Shown here: positions 39,904 through 49,393 of the stretch, in pieces | Numbering within the stretch: the first letter of the stretch is position 1 | Layout of the letters: the number at the start of each line of letters is the position of its first letter | Assembly (NCBI GenBank): GCA_963727445.1 | Contig: CAVSGI010000008.1 | Span: 352,001 to 416,000, forward strand | Length of the DNA: 64,000 bases | From: an uncultured delta proteobacterium | GTDB lineage: Bacteria > Myxococcota_A > Polyangia > Polyangiales > B10-G4 | Direction: 5' to 3' | Notes under the pieces: model-generated | What the model was told of the DNA's origin: nothing | Databases searched by the model: none | What the model saw: only the letters and a program-made list of their open reading frames with translations | Position numbers and translations under genes: made by a program

Positions 39904-41286
39904 ATGAGTGGAGAAACCACCCTTCTTTCGAGCCTGACCAGCGCCTTTCGAGGAGAGCCGCGGCCGATCGAGCGACTCCTCAGACCCTTCGAAGCCTTCG
40001 CCCGGCATCGGCTGGCGGGCGCCGGCCTCCTGATGCTCGCGACCCTCGTCGCCATCATCTGGGCGAACTCACCCTGGAGCGAGCTCTACCACCACCTGCT
40101 CGAGATCGAAGTCGGCTTCGACGCACAGGACGCGCGGATCTCGAAGTCGATCCACCACTGGATCAACGACGGCCTCATGAGCGTCTTCTTCTTTCTGGTG
40201 GGTCTCGAGATCAAGCGCGAGCTCATGGTGGGCGAGCTCTCGACGATACGAAAAGCGACGCTCCCGGCCATCGCCGCCGTGGGCGGGATGATCGTGCCAG
40301 CGATCGTCTACCACCTGCTCAACGGCGGAACGCCGTCCGCCAAGGGCTGGGGGATCCCCATGGCGACCGACATCGCCTTCGCCCTCGGGGTGCTCGCCCT
40401 CCTCGGTGACCGGATCCCACTCGGCTTGAAGGTGTTTCTGACGGCCCTCGCCATCGTCGACGACATCGGAGCCGTGGTGGTGATCGCCATCTTCTACACG
40501 TCGGACCTGTCGCTCCTGGCGCTCGGCGCCGGCCTCGTCTGCCTCGGCGCATCCATCGCGCTCAACCTCCTGGGGACGCGCAACCCGGCGAGTTATCTGA
40601 TCGTGGGCATCGCCACCTGGTTCTGTTTCCTCGAATCCGGCGTGCACGCGACCATCGCGGCGATCCTGATGGCATTCACCATCCCGGCGCGAACCGCCAT
40701 CGACGGCGGCGACTTCATGGCGCGCATGCGCATCCTCGTCGACAAGCTGGAAGAGCACGGGCTGCCCGAGGATCGTTCGATGAACGACAACACGCAGCAG
40801 ACGCTCTTCGAGAAGATGAACGAGACCATCGATCACGCGAGCGCGCCGCTGCAACGCATCGAGCACGGCCTGGCGGGGCCGTCGACCTTCTTCGTGCTCC
40901 CGATCTTCGCGCTCGCCAACGCCGGCGTGACGCTCCACGGCGGTCTCCTCAGCGAGCTCGCGAACACCATTCCCCTCGGCATCATCCTCGGCTTGCTCGT
41001 GGGCAAGACCGTCGGCATCAGCCTCAGCTCCTGGTTGGCGGTGAAGGTGGGCATCGCCAATCTCCCCGAGCACGTGACCTGGCCTCAGGTGGTGGGCGTC
41101 GCCATGCTCGGCGGCATCGGCTTCACCATGGCTCTCTTCGTGGCGGCCCTCGCCTTCAGCGATCCGGCCCGCATCGAGGCGGCGAAGGTGGGCATATTGG
41201 TGGGCTCCATCACCTCTGGGACGCTGGGCTTCCTGCTGGTGCGCGCGACGTGCAACAAACCCGCGCCCGCGCCGCCTCTTGTGTGA
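39904..41286 (+). CDS. nhaA: Na+/H+ antiporter NhaA
   Basis: WINDGLM, GLEIKRE, GWGIPMATDIAF, LAIVDD, SGVHAT, GIGFTM. Confidence 0.95.
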   Translation: MSGETTLLSSLTSAFRGEPRPIERLLRPFEAFARHRLAGAGLLMLATLVAIIWANSPWSELYHHLLEIEVGFDAQDARISKSIHHWINDGLMSVFFFLVGLEIKRELMVGELSTIRKATLPAIAAVGGMIVPAIVYHLLNGGTPSAKGWGIPMATDIAFALGVLALLGDRIPLGLKVFLTALAIVDDIGAVVVIAIFYTSDLSLLALGAGLVCLGASIALNLLGTRNPASYLIVGIATWFCFLESGVHATIAAILMAFTIPARTAIDGGDFMARMRILVDKLEEHGLPEDRSMNDNTQQTLFEKMNETIDHASAPLQRIEHGLAGPSTFFVLPIFALANAGVTLHGGLLSELANTIPLGIILGLLVGKTVGISLSSWLAVKVGIANLPEHVTWPQVVGVAMLGGIGFTMALFVAALAFSDPARIEAAKVGILVGSITSGTLGFLLVRATCNKPAPAPPLV

Positions 41287-41338
41287 AGCCCGGCCCTTTT
41301 GTTCCCTCGCGGCGCGCCGCTCGGCTAACCTGGACGCA

Positions 41339-41620
41339 ATGATGGGGATGAGTGAGCTCCTGATCCTGCTCTTCGGAGCAGCCGTTTGCGCGGGCATCCC
41401 CCTCGTCGGCGCCATCGACGCGGCGCGCATGAAGGACCAGTCCTTTGTGCTGGCGGACCAGAACAAGCGGACCTGGGTGATCATCATGATCGCCTGCGCG
41501 GTCTTCTGGGGCATCGGGCTGATCGGGGCGGCCGTCTATTTCATCTCGGTGCGTCCCAAGGTCGCCGCCTTCGAGCGCGATCCCAACCGCCCGACGCTCG
41601 ATCCGAACCGCCCCGGCTGA
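41339..41620 (+). CDS. Small membrane protein (DUF2516-like)
   Basis: AIDAA...F.LADQNK..W...AVYFISVRPKV pattern. Confidence 0.7.
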   Translation: MMGMSELLILLFGAAVCAGIPLVGAIDAARMKDQSFVLADQNKRTWVIIMIACAVFWGIGLIGAAVYFISVRPKVAAFERDPNRPTLDPNRPG

Positions 41621-41643
41621 GACCCGCGCTATCCTCGGGGGCG

Positions 41644-42093
41644 ATGGACACGCCGCCCCAAGGCTCGAGCTTCGGCGATCCCCCGGGGGCGCCGCCCTCG
41701 CGGCCGACCGAGCCCCACTTCGGGGCGCCTCAGCAGCCGAGCGGACCCGGCCCCTACCGGCAGAGCCCCGGCCTCGAGCCCAATCGCGGCGCGCTGGTGC
41801 TGACCCTCGGCATCCTCGGCATCGTCGCCTCTCTGGTCGGTGGGCTCTGCTGCCTTCCCAGCGGGATACTGGCCCTCGGCTTCGCCGTCCCCGCGATCCT
41901 CATGGCGAGAGCCGACATGAAGAAGTACGCAGCCGGCACGATGGATCCGACGGGCTACTCCGCGACCCAAGCCGGGTTCATCTGCGGCATCATCGGTGTG
42001 GTGGTCGCGGCGCTCGAGGCGCTCGGCATCATCCTGCTCCTGATCTTCTATGGCAGCATCTTCAGCTTCGCCATCCTCGACGCCGCGATGTGA
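41644..42093 (+). CDS. DUF4190-like membrane protein
   Basis: Pro-rich N-terminus; LVLTLGILGI...CC...AGFICGIIG. Confidence 0.75.
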   Translation: MDTPPQGSSFGDPPGAPPSRPTEPHFGAPQQPSGPGPYRQSPGLEPNRGALVLTLGILGIVASLVGGLCCLPSGILALGFAVPAILMARADMKKYAAGTMDPTGYSATQAGFICGIIGVVVAALEALGIILLLIFYGSIFSFAILDAAM

Positions 42094-42134
42094 GTGATCG
42101 GGATCTGGCCTGATCGTCGCTCATGCAGGACCGC

Positions 42135-42297
42135 ATGAAAGGCCTGCCGACCCTCGCCCTGCTGCTCACGCTCTCCTGAGGCGGCGGCGCCGACGCTGAC
42201 GCGGGCGTCGAAGACGTCCCACGTCGGTCGGCCCTGCGTCTCCAGATCGCAGTTGCGTCGTGTCTGGGGGACCCGCGCAGCCGGCCGCCGCAGCGAG
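42135..42297 (+). pseudogene. Remnant lipoprotein gene with TGA at the lipobox Cys position
   Basis: AGGA then ATG 42135: MKGLPTLALLLTLS-TGA-GGGADADAG; end point approximate. Confidence 0.45.
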
Positions 42298-42813
42298 TCA
42301 GTGATCCCCGCGGCTTGCGACCTGCGTCGTCGGCGCTGCGTCGGTCTGAGGATAGTCGATGGTCGGCCGCGCGCGTTCGGCGTCGATGCGCCCCATGATG
42401 CTGAACGCCAGCGCCCGAATCGGCGCCATGCGCTCCTCATGAAGGCGATTCTGATTCGCGAGCCACTGCGGATGCTCGCCGGCAAATCGGTTCAGTCCCT
42501 CGAGGGTGAGTCCCTGCCGAGCGAGACAGCGCGCGATCAACGCGCGCAGATCCGGCTCGATATGCGCGACCGCCGCGCCGTACGCCTCGCTGTAGGACGG
42601 ATACCAACGGCTCGCAGCGGTGGCGACCGCCCGCCCGTGCTCTTCGGTCGCCTGTTCGAGCGCCGCGGCGTATCGCTCACCCCGCGTCGCGCCCAGTCGG
42701 ATGACGTCATCCGGCCTCGCCTGACGACTGACGCACCCACTCACCGCGCACACGATCGCCAACGCCACCCCGAAAATCCAGACTGCCTTTTCGTTCCTTC
42801 TCACATGTTCCAT
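42298..42813 (-). CDS. Hypothetical lipoprotein
   Basis: Purine-rich RBS; hydrophobic signal ending VSGC; sigma-54-like promoter upstream. Confidence 0.7.
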   Translation of the reverse strand: MEHVRRNEKAVWIFGVALAIVCAVSGCVSRQARPDDVIRLGATRGERYAAALEQATEEHGRAVATAASRWYPSYSEAYGAAVAHIEPDLRALIARCLARQGLTLEGLNRFAGEHPQWLANQNRLHEERMAPIRALAFSIMGRIDAERARPTIDYPQTDAAPTTQVASRGDH

Positions 42814-42854
42814 CGTCTCTCTCCCTGCGTTGATCGAGCTCGGCAGACACGAAG

Positions 42855-42871
42855 AGCACCGCTCATGCCAG
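42855..42871 (-). promoter_or_regulatory. Putative sigma-54 promoter
   Basis: CTGGCATGAGCGGTGCT on the minus strand = TGGCA...GG-N10-GC, about 40 nt before the ATG at 42813. Confidence 0.6.
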
Positions 42872-43101
42872 GCGAATTGACCGAGGCAGAGCGCGTGAGA
42901 AGTACGAAACAGGCAGGTCTCTGCACGTGCACGTGCAACCGGATGCGCACGAGGGAGGAGCGCCCCGACGCCCCCTCGTGCACCACCGACGCGGGAGACG
43001 GCGGCGGCGACGGGCGATGCGGGCGATACGGCGACGGATGCGGACGACGACTGGGGCGGGTGAGTCCCGCGCCTAGACCTCAGCAGCGCCGTCCCACGTG
43101 C

Positions 43102-43797
43102 CTAAAACCGCACTCCCTGCACCACCCGCGGAATCTCCCCGCCAAACAGCGTCCGAAGCGCGCGCGGGGCGTCGTAGTCGTGCTGCTCGAGGACCTCCTC
43201 TAGCACTTCGACCTCGAGGGGAACGCGGCAGACGTCGTGGAGATAACGCGCGAGCGACGAGAGCTCAGCGGTCGCGCGTCGGTCGGGGTAGAGCGCGTGT
43301 TCGAAGTGCTGGAGCTGTGAAGCGAAGCCGATGTTGGGGAGCACGCCTGCCCTCCTTTCGCGCAGTCGATGAAACGCCTCGAGGAACGTTTGTCCTTCGG
43401 ACTTCATCAGCAGCGCGGTCGCCAGGGTCGCCGACCGACTGACTCCGGCCTCGCAGTGCACGAGCAGCTTGCTACCAGCGCGCTCGCTTGCACGCGCGGC
43501 GAAGTCGAAGAGCCGGGGAAAGGACGCGGCGATGTCCTGGTCCATGCCGTCGCGGAGGGCGATGCCCAGGGTCTGCACGTCCAGCCCCTCGAGCTTCACC
43601 TTCGAGAGCTCGGCTTCTTCGAGGCAGCTGACGACGTGCGTGATGCCCGCCTCCGCGAGCGTGGGCACGTCCTCGGGGCGAGGGCGCGCGCCCACGTAGA
43701 GCGTCTCGGTGATCCGATTGAACGGCTCCCCACGCGTCGTGATGGAGAGGTCGAAGTCGAGCCCGAGCAGAGCGAGCAGGCGGGATGTGAGGCTCAT
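43102..43797 (-). CDS. Dual-specificity protein phosphatase
   Basis: VHCEAGVSRS (HCx5R), PNIGF..QL. Confidence 0.92.
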   Translation of the reverse strand: MSLTSRLLALLGLDFDLSITTRGEPFNRITETLYVGARPRPEDVPTLAEAGITHVVSCLEEAELSKVKLEGLDVQTLGIALRDGMDQDIAASFPRLFDFAARASERAGSKLLVHCEAGVSRSATLATALLMKSEGQTFLEAFHRLRERRAGVLPNIGFASQLQHFEHALYPDRRATAELSSLARYLHDVCRVPLEVEVLEEVLEQHDYDAPRALRTLFGGEIPRVVQGVRF

Positions 43798-43872
43798 GGA
43801 GGCCAGCGAGTCGAGCGTACAGGATAGCGTCCATCTCGTGACTCGCCGGCGGTGTTACGATGAACACCAACG

Positions 43873-45054
43873 ATGCGAACTCCGTCGCCGCCGACCCTCC
43901 CGGGCATCCTCGTCTTGCTGTCGACGCTCGCAGCCTGCGGAGGAGACGACGCCGCGACCGATGCCAGCGCCGACGCAACGATTGATGCGCTCGTCGATGC
44001 GACGACGGATGCGGACACCGACAGCTCGACCGCGGATAGCGCCGCGACCGATGGCGCGCCGACGGACGGCTCCTCCTCCGACGCCGCGGGCGACGCCTCG
44101 GCCTCCGACGCCGACGCCGGACCCCCGGCCGATTGCTTCGTCGTGCGCGAGCTCGGGAGCACGGACATCTTTTACGGCCTCGGGGTCGGCGCCGACGGAA
44201 GCGCCGCCACCGCCCACTGGGCGAGCGGCGGCCACCTCGGCGTCTCCACGAACGCGGGCGGCGCCGCCTGGGCACCGGTCTTCACGACCGACGACATCGT
44301 CACGTCCAGCACCGCCGCCGTCGCGCTGAACCCCCTCGGGCATGTGCACGTGACCTACGGCGGTGCGCACGCCACCAACGCCTCCGGCGCCTGGATGACG
44401 TTCACCGGGCGCGGCGCCACCGCCCTCGCCGCGGCGCCCGACGGCATCGTCCACGGCGTGACCGTGCGCACCGGCACCGAGCTGACGCACGTCGCCATCG
44501 ACGGCACGACGTGGACCCCGACCACGATCGCCATGCACGGCGCCGACCAGGCCGCCATCACCGTCGACCCCGCCGGCCGCCCCGCCATCGCCGTCATCGC
44601 GCAGAACACGACGACCTTCATCTACGAGCTCGTCCTCTTGCGCCTCGACGCAACCGGCACGTGGTCACGGGAGGTGGTCACGACCGACGTCTCGCGCTCG
44701 TGGGGCGTCGAGCTCGTCATCGGCCCGGACGACGCCGCCTACATCCTTCACGGAACCGGGCCGGGTCGCCTCGTCCTCACCCGCCAAGGCACGACGACCA
44801 CCGACGACGACATCGAGTCCGCGTACCGCCACTTCGACGTCGAGGTCGAAGACGACGGCACCCTCCACGTCGTCTGGGGCTACTTCAGCATCGGCATCTG
44901 GCACGCGGTCCTCGACGCCGGCACCTGGCGCCGCACCCAGGTCGTCGACACCTTCCTCGAAGGCGGCCTCGAGCTCTCCAAGGGCCCGAGCGGCGAGATC
45001 CTGCTGACGCACACGAGCAGCCGCACGGTGTATCAGACGCGGGTTTGCCGCTAG
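43873..45054 (+). CDS. Lipoprotein with D/A/T-rich stalk and beta-propeller-like repeats
   Basis: Lipobox LAAC; repeated (V/I)DxxGxxH...W blades. Confidence 0.8.
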   Translation: MRTPSPPTLPGILVLLSTLAACGGDDAATDASADATIDALVDATTDADTDSSTADSAATDGAPTDGSSSDAAGDASASDADAGPPADCFVVRELGSTDIFYGLGVGADGSAATAHWASGGHLGVSTNAGGAAWAPVFTTDDIVTSSTAAVALNPLGHVHVTYGGAHATNASGAWMTFTGRGATALAAAPDGIVHGVTVRTGTELTHVAIDGTTWTPTTIAMHGADQAAITVDPAGRPAIAVIAQNTTTFIYELVLLRLDATGTWSREVVTTDVSRSWGVELVIGPDDAAYILHGTGPGRLVLTRQGTTTTDDDIESAYRHFDVEVEDDGTLHVVWGYFSIGIWHAVLDAGTWRRTQVVDTFLEGGLELSKGPSGEILLTHTSSRTVYQTRVCR

Positions 45055-45063
45055 GGCGACCGG

Positions 45064-45951
45064 TCAGACCAGACCACCCGACCCCGCCGCGTCGGGTGCC
45101 ACCAGTCGAACCGCGGACAGGCCCAGCTCCGACGCGAGACGCTCGCCGAGCTCGTGGTCGAGGTACGTCTCTTCCACCAGCCAACGATAGAAGCGCGAAG
45201 CAAGGTGGAGCAGCGCGCGCGCGAAGTCGACGATGTCGCGCGCGGGATGGGGAGTGCACGGAGAGAGGAGCCTCGTCACGAAGGGCTGGACCTGGAGGCG
45301 GCCGAAGCGGACAGCGCCCGTGGGTCCGGCGAGGTGCGTTGCCAGCAGGCCCAGCATCGAGGGAGCCGCGTCCGCGAGACGGGGATCGTCGAGGGTCGGC
45401 GCAAAGCGGGCAGCGAGCGCTTCGACCTCGCTGCGAAGGAAGTGCTCGTCCCGCGTCCGGGGCCCATGCCTCCGCGAAAGGCCCACGCTTTCGCGTCCGT
45501 CGTCCGTCTCTTCGAGCAGCCAGCACAGCTGGTCGTCGTCGATCCGCCCGTCCGCGTGGAGCCACCGGAAGAGCTTCGACAAGAGATCGTAGGTCCGCGC
45601 GTCCCCATAGCCCTGGCCGGCGAAGTACACGTAGCGATGCGCGCTGGTATGGAAGATCCATCCGCCGTCGACCAGCTCTTCCCAGTCGCTCACGAGCGAC
45701 AGGCATAGCAGCACCAGCGCGACGGTCACGTCCGGTCGCTTGGTCCGGACGGTTTCCACGAAGCGCGTCGCCAGGTCTGCCCAGCGACGCGGAAAAGGCA
45801 GCGTGACCACGTGCGCCCGCCATGCATGCTCCGCCGCACGAAGTGCATCGCCCTGCCGCGCCGCATCTCGCTTCGCGTCGAGCCGCGCCAACTTGATCTG
45901 CCCCACGCGCGCCCACATGGCGCGTTGCCCGGGCTTCTTGTGCTTGGCCAT
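45064..45951 (-). CDS. Hypothetical helical protein with duplicated F-x(0,1)-RWL motif
   Basis: ORF with AAAGGGG upstream of ATG 45951; KLFRWLHADGRID and RFYRWLVEETYLD. Confidence 0.7.
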   Translation of the reverse strand: MAKHKKPGQRAMWARVGQIKLARLDAKRDAARQGDALRAAEHAWRAHVVTLPFPRRWADLATRFVETVRTKRPDVTVALVLLCLSLVSDWEELVDGGWIFHTSAHRYVYFAGQGYGDARTYDLLSKLFRWLHADGRIDDDQLCWLLEETDDGRESVGLSRRHGPRTRDEHFLRSEVEALAARFAPTLDDPRLADAAPSMLGLLATHLAGPTGAVRFGRLQVQPFVTRLLSPCTPHPARDIVDFARALLHLASRFYRWLVEETYLDHELGERLASELGLSAVRLVAPDAAGSGGLV

Positions 45952-46417
45952 GGCCACCCCTTTCGTGTGGCCGTTATCGGGCGATGCCGCGGCGAGTTGC
46001 GCCTTCGCCTCAGCAGGAACATCTGCTTCAACGTCCATGGCTGCAGATTTGCATCGAGGACGTAGATCTCGTCGGCCAATTCGTGCGGGCGTAGAGCCGA
46101 TGCACGCGCCCCGACTCGATGTCGCCCGCCGGCCGCAGCACGGCCGTCCAAGTCGACGGCTCCCGCGGCGTACCGAACGTGGGCAGCAGCGCCTGGTACT
46201 CCGCGCTTTCGAACGAGGGCTCGAGGTTGGTTCGAAGCTCTGCCCCCGAGCCGGGACACCCCGGCGGGGTGACAGGGACGGTCACGCCCACGCTGCCTGC
46301 CCGACACCGCGCAACGCATTGCACGCCCGCGTGCAACGCGATGCCGTCCGCCCCACCCCACTCGGCTGCATGGCGAGACAAACCCTGCACACGCAGCCAG
46401 AACCAAACAGATCCCAT

Positions 46418-46434
46418 CCGGCGCGCACCTTGCA
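46418..46434 (+). promoter_or_regulatory. Putative sigma-54 promoter of the two-component operon
   Basis: CCGGCGCGCACCTTGCA = GG-N10-GC with TTGCA; palindrome at 46319-46336 upstream. Confidence 0.55.
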
Positions 46435-46446
46435 AGGCGGCTCGCC

Positions 46447-47964
46447 GTGTCCTTCGCGACCGTCAACCCACTCGTCGCGTTTGCGGCATTGGTCTACCTC
46501 GCCATCGGTCTGGTCGCCGTGCGACGCGCGGGTGACGTCCCTCTCGCGCGCCCTCTCGCCTTCTTCGCCCTCGGCCTCTTCGCGTACGTCTTCTTCGAGC
46601 AGGGCACGCCGCCCCCTTCCGAGGGCCCCGCCGACGCTGTCGAAAACGCCATCGCATCGCTCATCTTCATCCCGGCTGTCGAGCTGCTCCTCGCCTTCGC
46701 GGGCCGTCGCCGACCCTATCGATGGGTACGCATCGCGGCCCTCGTGTTCTACGTGCCCCTCGCCCTCTACTGCTTCCTCCCGTTCTTCGAGCAAGGGCAC
46801 TGGGAGCTGGCGATGCTCGCTGGCTTGATCTTCTTCTTCGGGGTCCCCGGATGGGTACTCGTTGCTCATTATCGCCATAGCGGCGCCGTCGAACGAGGAC
46901 GCACCTTGCTCCTCTTGGGAGGACTGCTGCTCGGTGGAGTGGGCGCCGCCAGCACGCTCCTCGCCGCCTACGGCGCGCCCCGCCTTCTCGACATCGGGAT
47001 GGTTGCAGCAGGCCTGCTGCTCGCGGCGCTGGTCTTCGACCGCAAGCTCTTGCGTCGTTCTTCGCAGCTCTCCGCGCTCATCGCCGCCGTCTTTGCCGCG
47101 CTCGTGGTCGCGGGTGAGGTCGTCCTCTTTTCCATTCGCGAGCAAACCGGCGGCTTGTTCGTCGCCGGAACCTTCACCCTGGTGCTCATCGCATTTGCCG
47201 CGGTGCGACCGGCGTTTGCGGCCGCGGCTCGGGAACGGGGCCGGATTCAGCACCTGGCAACCCTGGGTCGTCTGGCCGAGCAGATGCAACACGACATCCT
47301 CAATCCTCTCAGCGTCATCTCCGGCAACATCCAGCTCCTCAAGGAGGAGCTCCGGTTGGGCCACTCCATCGACACGGCCGAAGAGAGCCTGGATTCCATG
47401 CTCGCGGCCTCGAATCGCGTCGCGCAGATGGTCCGGGACTATCGCCGCCTCAGCCGCGTCGATCCCCGGCCCGCGAGGGTACGGCTCTCCTCGATTTTGC
47501 TCGGCATCGTCGAGGCGCAGCGCATGGGCCTCGAGGGAGTCCGGCTTGCCGCGATCCTTCCGGAGCATCTCGTCAGGTGCGAGCTCATGGCAGATCCCGA
47601 CCTTCTGGTCACCGCCCTCGAGAACCTGATCCGCAACGCCCATCAGGCCATCACCGAAAAGCGAACGGGCTCCACCATCCAGGTCGCCATGGCGAAGCGC
47701 GGAAGCCAGATCGCCGTTTCGGTCGAGGACGACGGTCCCGGCATGGACGCGCGGATGGTCGAGCAAGCGTGCGATCACTACTTCACGACCCGCGACACGG
47801 GCACTGGGCTTGGCCTCTCCTACGCGGGCCGCGTCGCCCAGGCGCACGGAGGCGAGTTGACGATCGACAGCACCGAGGGGAAAGGGACGGTGATCACGAT
47901 GCATTTGCCACTGACGAATCGAACCATTTGTTCGACTGATACGCTGAGGTCGAACCATGACTGA
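46447..47964 (+). CDS. Multi-TM sensor histidine kinase
   Basis: About 8 TMs; QHDILNPL (H box), ENLIRNA, DDGPGM, FTT, GTGLGL. Confidence 0.93.
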   Translation: MSFATVNPLVAFAALVYLAIGLVAVRRAGDVPLARPLAFFALGLFAYVFFEQGTPPPSEGPADAVENAIASLIFIPAVELLLAFAGRRRPYRWVRIAALVFYVPLALYCFLPFFEQGHWELAMLAGLIFFFGVPGWVLVAHYRHSGAVERGRTLLLLGGLLLGGVGAASTLLAAYGAPRLLDIGMVAAGLLLAALVFDRKLLRRSSQLSALIAAVFAALVVAGEVVLFSIREQTGGLFVAGTFTLVLIAFAAVRPAFAAAARERGRIQHLATLGRLAEQMQHDILNPLSVISGNIQLLKEELRLGHSIDTAEESLDSMLAASNRVAQMVRDYRRLSRVDPRPARVRLSSILLGIVEAQRMGLEGVRLAAILPEHLVRCELMADPDLLVTALENLIRNAHQAITEKRTGSTIQVAMAKRGSQIAVSVEDDGPGMDARMVEQACDHYFTTRDTGTGLGLSYAGRVAQAHGGELTIDSTEGKGTVITMHLPLTNRTICSTDTLRSNHD

Positions 47965-49366
47965 CCGGCTCTCCGTACTCGTCGTCGACGACGAAGCACC
48001 CGTCGGGGACGTCTTGTGTGCGCTGTTGAAGCAGGCCGGAAACGAAGCGCACTTCGTCACGAGCGCGGCCGAGGCGCTCACCGCGGTCGACGACGGCAGC
48101 TTCGACTGCGTCATCGCGGACTACAAGATGCCCGGGATGAACGGCAACGAGCTGCTCGCGGAGCTCAAGCGCCGCGACCCGGCTCTGCCGGTGATCATGC
48201 TCTCTGCGTTCGACACGGAATCCTACATCGTCGAGGCCAAGCAGCTCGGTGCAGCGGATTGGCTCTTCAAGCCGATCAAGGCCGACGTCGTGAAGCAGGC
48301 GGTGAAGAGGGCGACTCAGCTGGCCGCCCGCGCCCAAGCGTCGCCGCCCGAACTGCCGAGGTCCGGCGGCATCGTCGGCAGCTCGGCCGTCATGGCCAAG
48401 CGTCTGAAGCGCATCGACCAGATCGCCAAAGCCCAGGGGAGTGCGCTCGTGCGTGGCGAGAGCGGCACGGGCAAGGAGCTGGTGGCCCGGGCGATTCACA
48501 AGCAGAGCGCCCGACGGGATGGACCGTTCATCCCCGTGAACTGCGCAGCAGTGGCGCAGACCCTCGTCGAGAGCGAGTTCTTCGGGCACGAGAAGGGTGC
48601 GTTTACCGGTGCGCACGCCCGTAGGTTGGGTCTGATCGCGCTCGCCGAGGGCGGCACGCTCTTCTTGGACGAGATCGGCGACTTGCCCCTGCCGATCCAG
48701 TCGACGCTGCTCCGCTTCCTGGCAGAGAAGAAGTACCGCCCGCTGGGAGCCGCGAGCATGCTCCCGGCCGACGTGCGCATCGTCGCCGCGACGCACCAGG
48801 ACCTCGACGCGATGGCGAAGGACGGTCGTTTTCGTGAGGACCTCCTCTTCCGAGTGAACACGCTCACCGTGGAGCTGCCGCCGCTCCGCGACCGTGGCGA
48901 CGACATCCGGGAGCTCGCCCTCACGTTTCTGGCCGAGCTCGGCCCGACCAACGGAAAGCCGCATCTCAGGTTTGCGGACGACGCCCTCGACGCGCTGATG
49001 CAGTACACGTACCCAGGCAACGTCAGGGAGCTCTCGCATCTCGTCGAGCGGCTCGTCGTGTTCACCGACGGCGCCACAATCAAGGCTTCCGACGTGAGAG
49101 AGGAGCTTCCGGCGCAGACGAGTGTCGGGCCGAGCGGCGCAGGGTCGGGTGGCGGGGGACTGGCTGAGAGACTCGAACGGAAACTGGACGCCACGCGGAG
49201 GGAGTTCCTCGTCGAAGCCCTCGAGCGCACGGGCGGAAACGTCACTCAGGCCGCACGCCTGCTCGGGCTCGCACGACGCACAGGCAACTACTGGATTCGA
49301 AAGTTCGACATCGACGTCTCCCGCTTCCGAGGCGTCGGCAGGAATGGGGGCGGCGTCGGCGAGTAG
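47957..49366 (+). CDS. NtrC-family sigma-54-dependent response regulator
   Basis: Receiver VDDE, DYKMP; GESGTGKE, GAFTGA, LFLDEIG, YPGNVREL; Fis-type HTH. Confidence 0.96.
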   Translation: MTDRLSVLVVDDEAPVGDVLCALLKQAGNEAHFVTSAAEALTAVDDGSFDCVIADYKMPGMNGNELLAELKRRDPALPVIMLSAFDTESYIVEAKQLGAADWLFKPIKADVVKQAVKRATQLAARAQASPPELPRSGGIVGSSAVMAKRLKRIDQIAKAQGSALVRGESGTGKELVARAIHKQSARRDGPFIPVNCAAVAQTLVESEFFGHEKGAFTGAHARRLGLIALAEGGTLFLDEIGDLPLPIQSTLLRFLAEKKYRPLGAASMLPADVRIVAATHQDLDAMAKDGRFREDLLFRVNTLTVELPPLRDRGDDIRELALTFLAELGPTNGKPHLRFADDALDALMQYTYPGNVRELSHLVERLVVFTDGATIKASDVREELPAQTSVGPSGAGSGGGGLAERLERKLDATRREFLVEALERTGGNVTQAARLLGLARRTGNYWIRKFDIDVSRFRGVGRNGGGVGE

Positions 49367-49393
49367 GCGACAGGCCGGCATTGGGGGGGGGAC

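Noticed and set aside
45960..46300. Possible frameshifted small gene (...HRLYARTNWP / DEIYVLDANL...) on the minus strand
   Set aside because: Coding-like in patches but no recognisable family, start or clean end; cannot be supported without a search.
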